Below, in pieces: positions 1 through 9,952 of a stretch of DNA of 64,000 nucleotides. The position numbers and the translations under genes are program-made. Numbering within the stretch: position 1 is the first letter of the stretch; each line of letters begins with the position of its first letter. Below the pieces are notes generated by a model. It saw only the letters and a list, made by a program, of their open reading frames with translations. It was not told where the DNA came from and ran no database searches. This DNA is from an uncultured Pelagibacteraceae bacterium (GTDB lineage: Bacteria > Pseudomonadota > Alphaproteobacteria > Pelagibacterales > Pelagibacteraceae). The stretch covers positions 676 to 64,675 of the forward strand of contig CACGIZ010000004.1 of assembly GCA_902573235.1 (NCBI GenBank). The letters run 5' to 3'.

Positions 1-1023
1 TTTCATTTGTCTTAATTGAGTTAAGTAATCTTGCATTGAGAATTGTCCTTTTTTTAAATTTTCCTCAGTTTTTTTAATATTTTCTTCACCTAAATCTTGA
101 GCTGCTTTTTCAACAAGAGATACAATATCTCCCATACCAAGAATTCTATTTGCAATTCTATCTGGATGGAATACTTCAAGATTTTCGATTTTTTCTCCTA
201 TACCTAAAAATTTTATTGGAACCTGTGAAACAAATTTCATACTCACAGCAGCTCCTCCTCTAGCATCACCATCTGCTCTAGTTAGAATTATCCCAGAGAC
301 ATCAACAGTATTTTTAAATTCTTTTGCTACAGATGCCGCAACTTGACCTGTTAGTGAGTCAGCAACTAAAAAAGTTTCTGCTGGTTTAATTGTATTTTCA
401 ATTTGTTTAATCTCACTCATCATTTGTAAATCTATTTGTGTTCTACCAGCAGTATCAAATAAAATGATGTCAGCACCATTAAGATTAGCAGCACTAATAG
501 CTCTTTGACAAATGTCAGCAGGTTGTTGACCCTCAATTATTGGTAGCGTTAAGATGTTGTTTTGCTCACCTAAAGATCTTAATTGTTCTTGGGCAGCTGG
601 CCTATAAATATCTAAACTAACCATCATTACTTTCTTTTTTTTTGTATTTTCCAAATATCTTGCAAGTTTAGCTGTTGTAGTGGTCTTACCAGAACCCTGA
701 AGTCCAACTAGCATCATTGGCACTGGCGGTACAGCATTGAGATTTACATCATTATTTTTTTCACCTAGCAAGTTAACCAATTCATCATAGACAATCTTTA
801 CAACCATATCTCCCGGAGATGTTGATCTTATTATTTCTTGACCTAAAGCTTTTGGTTTAACTTTCTCAATAAAATCTTTAGCAACATCAAGCGATACGTC
901 TGCTTCTAATAAAGCTTGTCTTATACCTCTTAATCCTTCATCAACTTGATTTTCATCAAGTGATGGTGCTTTTTTTAAAGAGGAAAAAACTTCCTCGAAT
1001 TTATTTGTTAAATTTTCAAACAT
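1..1023 (-). CDS. ffh: Signal recognition particle protein Ffh (3' end runs off window)
   Basis: Read manually on the minus strand from ATG at 1023: MFENLTNKFEEVF...ALLEADVS...GLQGSGKTTT...DTAGRTQ...TRADGDARGG, the SRP GTPase motifs. Not in the ORF track. Confidence 0.96.
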   Translation of the reverse strand, partial: MFENLTNKFEEVFSSLKKAPSLDENQVDEGLRGIRQALLEADVSLDVAKDFIEKVKPKALGQEIIRSTSPGDMVVKIVYDELVNLLGEKNNDVNLNAVPPVPMMLVGLQGSGKTTTTAKLARYLENTKKKKVMMVSLDIYRPAAQEQLRSLGEQNNILTLPIIEGQQPADICQRAISAANLNGADIILFDTAGRTQIDLQMMSEIKQIENTIKPAETFLVADSLTGQVAASVAKEFKNTVDVSGIILTRADGDARGGAAVSMKFVSQVPIKFLGIGEKIENLEVFHPDRIANRILGMGDIVSLVEKAAQDLGEENIKKTEENLKKGQFSMQDYLTQLRQMK

Positions 1024-1039
1024 ATTTATTACACGCATT

Positions 1040-1125
1040 AGTAATCGCACTAGTGGGCGAACCCTCGCTGACTAGTGTCGATCTCTTTGTTTCCAAAGAC
1101 ACCGCAAATTTAACGTTTTTGCGGA
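1040..1125 (-). promoter_or_regulatory. ffh leader structured RNA (cis-regulatory motif)
   Basis: GC-rich island directly 5' of ffh with stems CACTAGT/ACTAGTG (1048-1054/1071-1077), TCTTTG/CAAAGA (1084-1099) and CCGCAAA/TTTGCGG (1102-1124). An ffh leader motif is known in alphaproteobacteria. Confidence 0.7.
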
Positions 1126-1184
1126 AACTGCCTCAAACTATAATAGAGGTTCAAAAAGTCAATAAATAAGTTAAATAACTATAT

Positions 1185-2009
1185 ATGGACATTAAAGCAT
1201 TTAAAATGAACGGATTAGGTAATGACTTTGTAATCATAGATAATAGACAAAAAATTACCAATTTAACAAAGGATCAAATAATCAAAATTTGTGATAGAAA
1301 TTTTATTGGCTGTGATCAGTTGATCGTAATAGAAAATGACAAGTCAGCTGATGCAAACTTAAAATTCTTTAATTCTGATGGTGGGGAGTCAGGAGCATGT
1401 GGTAATGGAACAAGATGTGTTGCGGATTTCATTTCAAAAGAAACTAATAATAAAACTATAATTTTGAATACATTTTCTGGAAATTTAAAGTCTGAAATTT
1501 TAGGAAATAATATTGTTACAACAGAAATTGGTATAGCTAAAACAGATTGGAATGAAATACCTTTATCAGAAAAATTAAATACAAAAAATTTAAATATTAA
1601 AATACTCGACAAAAACAATAAAGAACATCTTGGTGGCACTGCAATTAATGTTGGAAACCCACATATCATTTTTTTTGTTAATGAACTCGAAAATTTTGAT
1701 ATAAAAAACATTGGTCCAGGAATTGAAAATCATAAGTTTTTTCCAGAAAAATGTAATGTCACAATTGCTCAAGTAATAGATAAAGATTTGATTAGGGTTA
1801 AAGTTTGGGAAAGAGGCGCTGGACTAACTAAAGCATGTGGTACAGCTGCTTGTGCAACAGCATTTGCTGGTAAATTAAACAATTTAACAGAAAATAAGAC
1901 AGATATAGAATTTACAACAGGCAAACTATCTATTTTGATTGATGAAAAAAATTCAATACACATGAAAGGTCCTGTATCAGATATAGATGAAATCGAGATT
2001 AAACTGTAA
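1185..2009 (+). CDS. dapF: Diaminopimelate epimerase
   Basis: KMNGLGNDF, CGNGTRC, VGNPH, ERGAGLTKACGT motifs. Confidence 0.97.
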   Translation: MDIKAFKMNGLGNDFVIIDNRQKITNLTKDQIIKICDRNFIGCDQLIVIENDKSADANLKFFNSDGGESGACGNGTRCVADFISKETNNKTIILNTFSGNLKSEILGNNIVTTEIGIAKTDWNEIPLSEKLNTKNLNIKILDKNNKEHLGGTAINVGNPHIIFFVNELENFDIKNIGPGIENHKFFPEKCNVTIAQVIDKDLIRVKVWERGAGLTKACGTAACATAFAGKLNNLTENKTDIEFTTGKLSILIDEKNSIHMKGPVSDIDEIEIKL

Positions 2010-2926
2010 TGGGAATTTTTGACAAATTTAAGAAAGGTTTTCAAAAAAGTGCCTCTGCACTTACGTCTGGTCTAAAAGAAATAATAATTAAAAAGGAAAT
2101 AGATGATGAAAATTTAAATAAAATTGAGGAGTTTTTAATTCAATCAGATGTAGGTGTAGAAGCTGCATCTGAAATAAAAGAAATCATTTCAAATCAAAAG
2201 ATCGACCCAAACAAAGATCTTACTAGTGAAATAAACCATATCTTAAAGGAATATATCATTTCTTTAATGAAACCTTTGGAAAATAATTCTTTTTTTGAAA
2301 AAAAAGAAAAACTTAATGCAACTTTAGTTTCAGGAGTAAATGGAGTTGGAAAAACTACAACTATTGGTAAAATTGGTAAAATTTTAAAAACTAATGGAAA
2401 TAAAGTTATGTTTGCAGCCTCGGATACTTTTCGAGCTGCAGCAATTGAACAGTTAGAAAATTGGGCAAATAAAATTAATGTTCAAATTACCAAATCTTCT
2501 CAAGGTTCTGATCCTGCTTCAGTTGCGTATAAAGCTGTTGAGGAGGCAATAAACAATAATTTTCAACAAGTATTAATTGATACGGCTGGAAGACTTCAAA
2601 ATAAGAAAAATTTAATGGAGGAATATAAAAAGATTGCTAATGTTACAAAAAAGATTGATCCAGATGCTCCACATAACGTTATATTAGTTTTAGATGCTAC
2701 ATCAGGACAAAATGTAATAAATCAAGTTGAAGAATTTAATAAAATAATTCCTATAACAGGTATTGTTATGACTAAATTAGATGGAACAGCGAAAGGTGGC
2801 ATACTTTTAGCTTTAGCGAAGAAATATAAGCTTCCTATTTTAGCACTAGGCTTAGGTGAAAAAGAAGATGACCTTCAATTATTTGATGCAAAACAATTTG
2901 CTGAAGCATTTACTCAAATTAATTAA
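2009..2926 (+). CDS. ftsY: SRP receptor FtsY (no long acidic A domain)
   Basis: GVNGVGKTTTIGK, DTFRAAA, DTAGRLQN, TKLDGTAKGG. Confidence 0.97.
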   Translation: MGIFDKFKKGFQKSASALTSGLKEIIIKKEIDDENLNKIEEFLIQSDVGVEAASEIKEIISNQKIDPNKDLTSEINHILKEYIISLMKPLENNSFFEKKEKLNATLVSGVNGVGKTTTIGKIGKILKTNGNKVMFAASDTFRAAAIEQLENWANKINVQITKSSQGSDPASVAYKAVEEAINNNFQQVLIDTAGRLQNKKNLMEEYKKIANVTKKIDPDAPHNVILVLDATSGQNVINQVEEFNKIIPITGIVMTKLDGTAKGGILLALAKKYKLPILALGLGEKEDDLQLFDAKQFAEAFTQIN

Positions 2927-3482
2927 TCAAATTACTAGAAATTAAAGGTTTGTAGATATTACATTTATAGTTGTCTTTAAATTTATAATGACCACAATCT
3001 TTAGAAAATGAGGAAATTATGAAATCAAATTTTCCTGTAGTAGGGTAAAGTTCCAATTTTTTTTTACTTATATCATATTTAAAATTTGCATTTAAGCTTT
3101 TTACTGCACTAATCATCACTAATGTTTTGTCATCTTTTAGTAAATAATATGCAAAATCATCTGGGAATACTGGGAAATCGTATTCCTGTAAAAAATATTT
3201 TGCTTGAGATGGAAACCAATCATAAGAGATTAAAGGAGATGATGACTTGGTTGAATAATTATAAATATAAAGGTCTTTTGGATAATCATTTATATAATTA
3301 CTTTCTTCACCTCTTGCTAAAATAGATTTGTCTCTACCTTTAAAATATAAGCTAAATTCTTTGTTATGAGAGTCCATATTATCTATGTGAAATAAATCAT
3401 CTGGTTGGAAAAATTTATCTTGTGAATAAGCAATATTGATAAAAAATAAGCAAGATACAAGTACTGATAAAAATTTTTTCAT
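2919..3482 (-). CDS. Hypothetical secreted protein
   Basis: 187-aa ORF with Sec signal-like N-terminus (MKKFLSVLVSCLFFINIAYS); no recognised motif. Confidence 0.7.
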   Translation of the reverse strand: MKKFLSVLVSCLFFINIAYSQDKFFQPDDLFHIDNMDSHNKEFSLYFKGRDKSILARGEESNYINDYPKDLYIYNYSTKSSSPLISYDWFPSQAKYFLQEYDFPVFPDDFAYYLLKDDKTLVMISAVKSLNANFKYDISKKKLELYPTTGKFDFIISSFSKDCGHYKFKDNYKCNIYKPLISSNLIN

Positions 3483-3530
3483 AATTAAGGTTATAAAAAA
3501 ATTTTGAAATATATTTGTTGAGATTATGGC

Positions 3531-4349
3531 TTAATTTAAACCTTTTAAAAAAGAATTGAGAGCTTTAATAAGATTTTCATCAAATTCCATCATATGATTG
3601 TCATGTTTTGTAAAATAAGAAAATTTTGGTTCATTGGCAATTTTATACATTTCTTTACCCATCTCAAAAGGTACTATTTGATCAGCCTCTCCATGCATAA
3701 TTAGAAGAGGAACGCCAATGTTTTTAATTTTAGATTTATTATCAAACTTATCTTTCAATAATAAACCAACAGGTATATATGGATAAAATTTTTTTGCTGC
3801 ATCAATCATTGATGTAAAAGGAGTTTCCAATATTATTCCAGCAAAATTTTTATTTTGCGACAAGTGTGTTGCGACCCCAGTCCCTAAAGACTCTCCATAT
3901 ACAATAATATTTTCCTCTTTAACACCCTTATTATACAACCAATTAATTGCACTCCTGCCATCTTCGTAAAGTCCTTTCTCAGTAGGTTTGCCTTTATTCC
4001 CACTAAATCCTCTCCATGCAATTATCAAAAAATTAATATTCATTTTTTCAAAATGATTTATTTTATGAATTCTATTTTCTAAAGATCCCGCATTCCCATG
4101 AAAAAAAACTAATGTCTTATATCTTTCTAAATTTTTTTCATGATACCAGCCTAGCAATTCAATGTTATCTTCAGTTTTGATATTTACCTTTTGAATTTGA
4201 ACAGATAACTTATCATCAAAGTAATTATTCTCACTAGGGTGGTACATCAAATTTCTTTGATAAAAATAAAGAAAAATTAATAATACAAAATAAATTAATA
4301 TAATTAATTGAAAAAATAATAACAAATTATTCCTAAACCTTTTTAACAT
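3531..4349 (-). CDS. Membrane-anchored alpha/beta hydrolase (Bem46/ABHD-like)
   Basis: N-terminal TM, FHGNAG, GESLG nucleophile elbow, HGEADQIVP. Confidence 0.9.
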   Translation of the reverse strand: MLKRFRNNLLLFFQLIILIYFVLLIFLYFYQRNLMYHPSENNYFDDKLSVQIQKVNIKTEDNIELLGWYHEKNLERYKTLVFFHGNAGSLENRIHKINHFEKMNINFLIIAWRGFSGNKGKPTEKGLYEDGRSAINWLYNKGVKEENIIVYGESLGTGVATHLSQNKNFAGIILETPFTSMIDAAKKFYPYIPVGLLLKDKFDNKSKIKNIGVPLLIMHGEADQIVPFEMGKEMYKIANEPKFSYFTKHDNHMMEFDENLIKALNSFLKGLN

Positions 4350-5238
4350 TATTTTTCTTTGCTAAGTATACGCCAAAAAATACTAAAATTGTTCCTAAGA
4401 AATGATAATATTCAAACTTTTCATCAAACAAAATGTATCCGTAAATTGCACCATATACTGTAAAAATATAAAGTGTAAATCCTGTTAAAGATGCACCTAA
4501 TTTTTTTTGAGTTATAGTATAAAGCGTAAATGCAATTATTCCTGGTGAAACGGCTGCGAAAAAAACCCAAAAATAAAATTCAGGGATAAAAACTGTTTGC
4601 TTATAAAAAATTTCTTCACCAATATAAAAGGGAAGTAAACTTAATGCACCAAAAAAAGAGATTAAAGTAAATCTCTCAAAAATTTTTAATTTGGAATTCC
4701 AATAAAATAAATAAATAGAATATAAAGCCCAACCAATGGCAGCAGCCAACATCCATAAATCTCCGATTGTGAATTGTAAGTTAATTAATAAATTAATATC
4801 TCCTTTTATAATGATTATAAAAACTCCTATTAAACACGAAATTAATCCAATTATTTTGGTTAAATTAATTTTCTCTTTAAAAAAAAAATATGAAATTAAA
4901 ATTATAAATACTGGAGATGATGTATAAATAATTCCCATATTTGTAACTGTTGTAGTTTCGCCTGCTAAAAATGGAAAAGCTCCACACACTCCGCATCCCA
5001 TTGAGCCTAAAAAAAGTAATTTTTTATATTCTTTTTTAATGACATGAAATTTTTTTTTTAAGGCCACATATGTAAAAGGTAATAATATTAAAAAAACAAC
5101 AGTCCATCTCCAAAAAGCAAGTGATATGGGGGGAACAAATTCTACACCACCTCTCGCTACTACTAAATTACTAGCCATAAAAATTGGCTGAATAAACAAT
5201 AATGATAATGGAAAGATATTAACTTTGAAATTTTTCAA
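4333..5238 (-). CDS. DMT/EamA family transporter
   Basis: ~10 TM segments, PPISLAFWR and GDLWML motifs typical of EamA; TTG start. Confidence 0.88.
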   Translation of the reverse strand: MKNFKVNIFPLSLLFIQPIFMASNLVVARGGVEFVPPISLAFWRWTVVFLILLPFTYVALKKKFHVIKKEYKKLLFLGSMGCGVCGAFPFLAGETTTVTNMGIIYTSSPVFIILISYFFFKEKINLTKIIGLISCLIGVFIIIIKGDINLLINLQFTIGDLWMLAAAIGWALYSIYLFYWNSKLKIFERFTLISFFGALSLLPFYIGEEIFYKQTVFIPEFYFWVFFAAVSPGIIAFTLYTITQKKLGASLTGFTLYIFTVYGAIYGYILFDEKFEYYHFLGTILVFFGVYLAKKNNVKKV

Positions 5239-5249
5239 TTTAATTTGAA

Positions 5250-5426
5250 CTAACTTTTATCAAAGAAGGCTTCATAAATCATCATTATGATAGCTGCAGC
5301 CATTAAAAAGTAAACTGGAATGACATCCAAAAAACCAATCATCATTGATCTTGTTAAAGTAGTTGCCAATCCAATTAAAAAAAATATCGCAAATGATAGT
5401 CCAATAATAGTAGTAATTTTATTCAT
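5250..5426 (-). CDS. Small two-TM membrane protein (58 aa), missed by ORF track
   Basis: MNKITTIIGLSFAIFFLIGLATTLTRSMMIGFLDVIPVYFLMAAAIIMMIYEAFFDKS*; fills the gap between amidase and DMT on the same strand, GAGGA upstream of ATG. Confidence 0.75.
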   Translation of the reverse strand: MNKITTIIGLSFAIFFLIGLATTLTRSMMIGFLDVIPVYFLMAAAIIMMIYEAFFDKS

Positions 5427-5432
5427 CTTTAT

Positions 5433-6761
5433 TTATTCCTCACACTCTTTTTCCAACCATCTGGCAATACCTAAAAATCTGTGGTCATCATATTTGTCAC
5501 CAATTAGTTGAATACCCAATGGTAAATTATTTTCACCCTCAAGTAAAGGGAGCGAAATGCATGGTGTTCCAAGATAAGACCAAACTTTGTTAAACTCGGC
5601 TGAGCCAGTACTTTTTAAACCTTTTGGGGCTACACCTGGACTAGAAGGAGATAATACTCCATGATAATCCTCAAATACTTCCTGATAAGACTCATAACTT
5701 CTTTTCATAAAGTCTATTGCTTCAGCATATTCTTTTCCTGAATATTTATTTCCTTTTACAATTGCATCTTGCATATATTTAGAAAGTTTTTTTCTAAATT
5801 TTTTAAAATATACAGAGAAATTATTTGCTAAATCTGTTTCATGAATTATTTGATGATATTTATGTATATCTTTAAAATATGAGGGTGTATCAAAAATCTC
5901 AATATTTTTTTTAAATGAATTGATAAAATATTCAAATGACTCTCTTGATTTTTTATCAATAATTTTCCAATGATCAGTTTTATAAAAAATAAATTTCGGT
6001 TCAAATAGAGGTCCTTTTTTTGTTTCTGTTAGGATATTTTCAGTTGAATAATGAATTGTAGCAGGATCAAATTTATCTTTTTTAACTAATACTTTTGCTA
6101 ACATTGCTACATCTTCTACTTTTCTACCAAACATACCTATGTGATCTAGGCTATATGAAGTTCTCAAAACACCATTTCTCGAGATTAGTCCATAAGAAGG
6201 TTTGTATCCGACAACACCACAATAAGATGCTGGTCTAATAATTGAACCTCCGGTTTGAGAACCGATTGATGCAGGTGCCATGAAAGAGGCAACCGATGCT
6301 GCAGACCCACTTGAGGATCCACCTGGTGTTCTGGTTTTATCATGAGGGTTGGTAGTAGAAGGGGGTCCTAAATAAGCAAGCTCTGAAGTAGCCGTTTTAC
6401 CCATAACAATCGCTCCGGATGAATGAAGTAAATCTATTATTTCTGCATTTTGTGAATATGATTTTCCTTTTCTTATAACCGTTCCACACTCTGTTGGCAT
6501 GTCAACAGTCCCTATTATATCTTTTACAGCTATAGGAACTCCATGAAGAGGTCCCACTGGTTTTCCTGATTTTCTGTATTCGTCCGCCTCAGCTGCTTTT
6601 TCTAGTAAAACTTTTTTATCAAAATGTGCCCAAGCTTTAACATCTTTTTCAAATTTATTTATTCTTTCTATATACTTTTCACAAACCTCAACTGAAGAAA
6701 ATTGGGCATCTTTTATTTTTGACGCAAGTTCTTCAAGACTTAAAGAAAATATATCTGTCAT
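5433..6761 (-). CDS. Amidase signature family enzyme
   Basis: VKD (catalytic Lys), PGGSSSGSAA, GSQTGGSIIRPASYCG. Confidence 0.93.
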   Translation of the reverse strand: MTDIFSLSLEELASKIKDAQFSSVEVCEKYIERINKFEKDVKAWAHFDKKVLLEKAAEADEYRKSGKPVGPLHGVPIAVKDIIGTVDMPTECGTVIRKGKSYSQNAEIIDLLHSSGAIVMGKTATSELAYLGPPSTTNPHDKTRTPGGSSSGSAASVASFMAPASIGSQTGGSIIRPASYCGVVGYKPSYGLISRNGVLRTSYSLDHIGMFGRKVEDVAMLAKVLVKKDKFDPATIHYSTENILTETKKGPLFEPKFIFYKTDHWKIIDKKSRESFEYFINSFKKNIEIFDTPSYFKDIHKYHQIIHETDLANNFSVYFKKFRKKLSKYMQDAIVKGNKYSGKEYAEAIDFMKRSYESYQEVFEDYHGVLSPSSPGVAPKGLKSTGSAEFNKVWSYLGTPCISLPLLEGENNLPLGIQLIGDKYDDHRFLGIARWLEKECEE

Positions 6762-6767
6762 TTAAAA

Positions 6768-8129
6768 TTAATTTGCAAATAATGTCTCTGGTAACCAAAG
6801 TGCTATTCCTGGAAATAAATACATTAAAACCATAGCTAAAATTACAATAGCTAAAAAAGGCATTATTCCACTAAAGATCTGCATTAGCTCAACATTCTTT
6901 GATTGAACTCCTTTTAAATAATAAGCTGACATCGCCATCGGTGGTGTCAAAAATGATGTTTGTAAATTAAGAGCAATTAACATAGCAAAAAAATATGGAT
7001 TTACTCCAAAAAACTCAACAAGTGGCAAAAAGATTGGAACAAAAATAATTAAAATTTCCGTCCATTCTAAAGGCCAACCTAATAAAAAGATAATCAATTG
7101 AGTTATCACTAAGAATTGCCATGGTTGTAAATTCAAAGATTTAAAGAAATGTTCAAAGACCTCATGGCCCCCAAGATAAGAAAAAACAGATGCAAAAGTC
7201 CAAGAACCTATAAATAACCACATTATCATTGCAGTTGTTTTTGCTGTAAGAAACACTGACTCTTTAAAATTCTTCCACTTAAGAGTTTTGTAAAAATAGG
7301 AAAGCACTAATGATCCAAAAGCGCCTACAGCAGCTGCCTCAGCTGGTGTAGCAATTCCGGCAAGAATAGTACCTAAAACTAATATTATTAAAGAAAATAA
7401 AGGTAAGAAAGATACAAGAACTTCTTTCAAAATAACTGCTGTAGGAGGAATTTCTTCTGCAGCAGGTTTTGGAGCAATCGAAGGATTTAACCAAGCTCTA
7501 AACACAGCATAAGCTATATAAAGTCCCGCTAACATTAATCCTGGAAAAATTGCAGCAGCAAATAATCTCAAAGGAGATAATTGAGCAATTACTGAATATA
7601 CAATTAACATAATGCTTGGAGGAATTAAAATTCCTAAACATCCACCTGAACAAATTATTCCAGATGCAAATTTTTTGTCATAACCTGCTTTAATCATCGC
7701 TGGCCATGCAAGAAGACCCATTAAAGTCACTACTGCACCAATAATACCAGTGGCGGTAGAAAATAATGCACATGTAATTAATGCAGCTACTGCCATTGAA
7801 GCTGGTAGTCTATGGGAAGCTAGTCTAATCGCAAAAAATAGTTTTGCTACAATACCAGCTCTTTCAACCAGGTACCCCATAAACAAAAAGAGTGGGACCG
7901 CGGTCAATACATTGTTATCCATGACGGTATAAGTATTCTGAACAAAGAGTTGGAATATTCTATTATCAAAAAGATGTTCCATCTTAGTTGGATCAAAATA
8001 AGCATAATAACCAAAGCCCAAACCCATAGCCATTAAAGTAAAAGCAATTGGAAAACCTAATAACACTGCGAATAAAAATATTCCCATCATCATAATTGCT
8101 ACTTCAGGGTTTGTTAGACTAAATAACAT
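6768..8129 (-). CDS. TRAP transporter large permease (DctM-like)
   Basis: AVPLFLFMG, GILIPPS, TPAEAAAVG, SFLTPP. Confidence 0.94.
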   Translation of the reverse strand: MLFSLTNPEVAIMMMGIFLFAVLLGFPIAFTLMAMGLGFGYYAYFDPTKMEHLFDNRIFQLFVQNTYTVMDNNVLTAVPLFLFMGYLVERAGIVAKLFFAIRLASHRLPASMAVAALITCALFSTATGIIGAVVTLMGLLAWPAMIKAGYDKKFASGIICSGGCLGILIPPSIMLIVYSVIAQLSPLRLFAAAIFPGLMLAGLYIAYAVFRAWLNPSIAPKPAAEEIPPTAVILKEVLVSFLPLFSLIILVLGTILAGIATPAEAAAVGAFGSLVLSYFYKTLKWKNFKESVFLTAKTTAMIMWLFIGSWTFASVFSYLGGHEVFEHFFKSLNLQPWQFLVITQLIIFLLGWPLEWTEILIIFVPIFLPLVEFFGVNPYFFAMLIALNLQTSFLTPPMAMSAYYLKGVQSKNVELMQIFSGIMPFLAIVILAMVLMYLFPGIALWLPETLFAN

Positions 8130-8712
8130 CTTCTTTATTTCCTTGTTGTGAAGTTCTCATTAATACTTTTTCAGTTTCTTCAGCATCACGCTCAGTTCCT
8201 CTTTCTGGCCAACTTCCAGTTTGAATACAAATAATACATCTAAAAACCTCACTGATACCTTGTAAGGTTAAAAGACTGCCTGATAAAGGTATTAACGATT
8301 TTGCCATGTATATTTGAATTTGTGCAGGACTATTCCAACTTGTTTCTTTTATTTTCCAAGCAAGTGCCGCATATTCATAACCATAAAAGGCTAATGCTAG
8401 AACACCAGGAAAAAAGAAAATAAAATATAAAACTATATCTATCCATGCTTGTGTTCTTTGAGAAAATAATCTGTAAATTACATCACCTCTTACATGAGCT
8501 TCTGTACATAAAGTATAAGCACCTGCCATCATAAAGATAGCTCCGTACATCTGAAGACTAAAATCAAAATTCCATAAAGTTGGTGCATTTAGAGCATATG
8601 CCATAAAAACTTCATAACATGTTCCGCCCATTAAAATTACTATGCACCAAGAGAAAGCTTTTCCCATCGAGACACTTAGACGATCAGCAAATTTTATGTA
8701 AGATCTCATCAT
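8119..8712 (-). CDS. TRAP transporter small permease (DctQ-like)
   Basis: 4 TM, HVRGDVIY motif, between SBP and DctM. Confidence 0.92.
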   Translation of the reverse strand: MMRSYIKFADRLSVSMGKAFSWCIVILMGGTCYEVFMAYALNAPTLWNFDFSLQMYGAIFMMAGAYTLCTEAHVRGDVIYRLFSQRTQAWIDIVLYFIFFFPGVLALAFYGYEYAALAWKIKETSWNSPAQIQIYMAKSLIPLSGSLLTLQGISEVFRCIICIQTGSWPERGTERDAEETEKVLMRTSQQGNKEDVI

Positions 8713-8751
8713 AGGTTAAACTTGTATTGAATTGTTCTTAAATAATCAAAT

Positions 8752-8775
8752 AAAAAGGGGGCCGAGGCCCCCTTT
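8752..8775 (-). terminator. Intrinsic terminator downstream of TRAP SBP gene
   Basis: Minus strand AAAGGGGGC-CUCG-GCCCCCUUUUU: GC stem, 4-nt loop, U tract. Confidence 0.85.
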
Positions 8776-8797
8776 AAAAAAATTTATCAAAAGTTAA

Positions 8798-9952
8798 TTA
8801 TAACTTAACTTTTGCAATTGGACCAAACTCATTTTCATATGCAAGTTTGTAATTTGGCTGATTCATCAGCAAGTATTTCATTACTCTCTTCGCATATGCT
8901 TTCTGAGAATCAACGATTTTCTTAAAGAAAGGATCTTTCTTATTAAAATCACCGATCACTTTATCCCAACCTTTTAATTGTTGAGCTAAAATTTCATCAG
9001 AAGTTTGATACACATTTACTTTATGCTCATTCATCAACTTAGCTAAGTCAGCTGAGTATCTTACTAAAGCTTTAAAGTAGTTATCACTGTTAGCAGCATA
9101 AGCAGCATTTTTAAGTATTGCTTGGTGCGCTGGTGATAAACTATTAAATGTTTTTTTGTTAACTGGTATTTCAAACATCTCTTGAGATTGGTGGAAACTT
9201 CCTAAGTGATAATGCTTAGAAACGTCTTGCATACCAAATTGAGAGTCTGAAGTTGGGTTGTTAAACTCAGCAGCTTCAATCAAACCAGTTTTCATAGCTG
9301 GCTGAATTTCACCACCTGGTAATTGTCTAACTACCATTCCCATTGCAGTTAAAACGTTAGTCGCAAGACCAACTGTTCTGTACTTCATACCTTTTACGTC
9401 AGATACTTTAGTTACGTTCTTTTTGAACCAACCAAAAGGCTGAGCTGGCATAGGCATATGGAAAAATCCTACATAATCAAAACCTACTTTTGCAAGAGTC
9501 TCGTCATATAATTTTCTTCCTCCACCATACTCCATCCATCCCATAACTTCTTGAGATGACATACCGTATGAAGGACCAGTTCCAAATAATGATGCAGCAG
9601 GATTTTTACCATACCAATATGCTGTCACCCAGTGACCCATATCTACTACACCAGAACTTACTGCTTGTCCGATTTCTGAAGTCTTTACAACTGCTCCAAC
9701 CGGTTGAAGATCAATCTGAAGAGAACCCCCAGACATTTCTTTAACCATGTTGCAATAGTCTCCAGCCATTTCAAAAAAGATGTTTGCTCCACTTGGCCAT
9801 GCAGCTTGCATCTTTAAAGTTGTTGCAGCATTTGCCTTAACATATGGCATTGCAACAGCGGCTGCAGCTATAGCACCAGTCTTAGCAGCAGTCTTAAAGA
9901 ACTTACGTCTTGAAGATGTTTTCACCTTCAATGATTTATTTTCTTTAGTCAT
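8798..9952 (-). CDS. TRAP solute-binding protein, Tat-exported (TakP-like, monocarboxylate/2-oxoacid group)
   Basis: SSRRKFFK twin-arginine signal, AYWYGK, FGWFKK, MKYRTVG, AAEF; strong SD AGGAG. Confidence 0.92.
   Translation of the reverse strand: MTKENKSLKVKTSSRRKFFKTAAKTGAIAAAAVAMPYVKANAATTLKMQAAWPSGANIFFEMAGDYCNMVKEMSGGSLQIDLQPVGAVVKTSEIGQAVSSGVVDMGHWVTAYWYGKNPAASLFGTGPSYGMSSQEVMGWMEYGGGRKLYDETLAKVGFDYVGFFHMPMPAQPFGWFKKNVTKVSDVKGMKYRTVGLATNVLTAMGMVVRQLPGGEIQPAMKTGLIEAAEFNNPTSDSQFGMQDVSKHYHLGSFHQSQEMFEIPVNKKTFNSLSPAHQAILKNAAYAANSDNYFKALVRYSADLAKLMNEHKVNVYQTSDEILAQQLKGWDKVIGDFNKKDPFFKKIVDSQKAYAKRVMKYLLMNQPNYKLAYENEFGPIAKVKL

Noticed and set aside
960-1169. 69-aa plus-strand ORF
   Set aside because: Antisense to the ffh start and its structured leader; no recognisable protein features
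1316-2044. Minus-strand ORFs 1316-1711, 1590-1772, 1769-2044
   Set aside because: Shadow frames of dapF
5320-5511. 63-aa plus-strand ORF
   Set aside because: Antisense to the amidase end and to the better-supported 5250-5426 minus-strand microprotein
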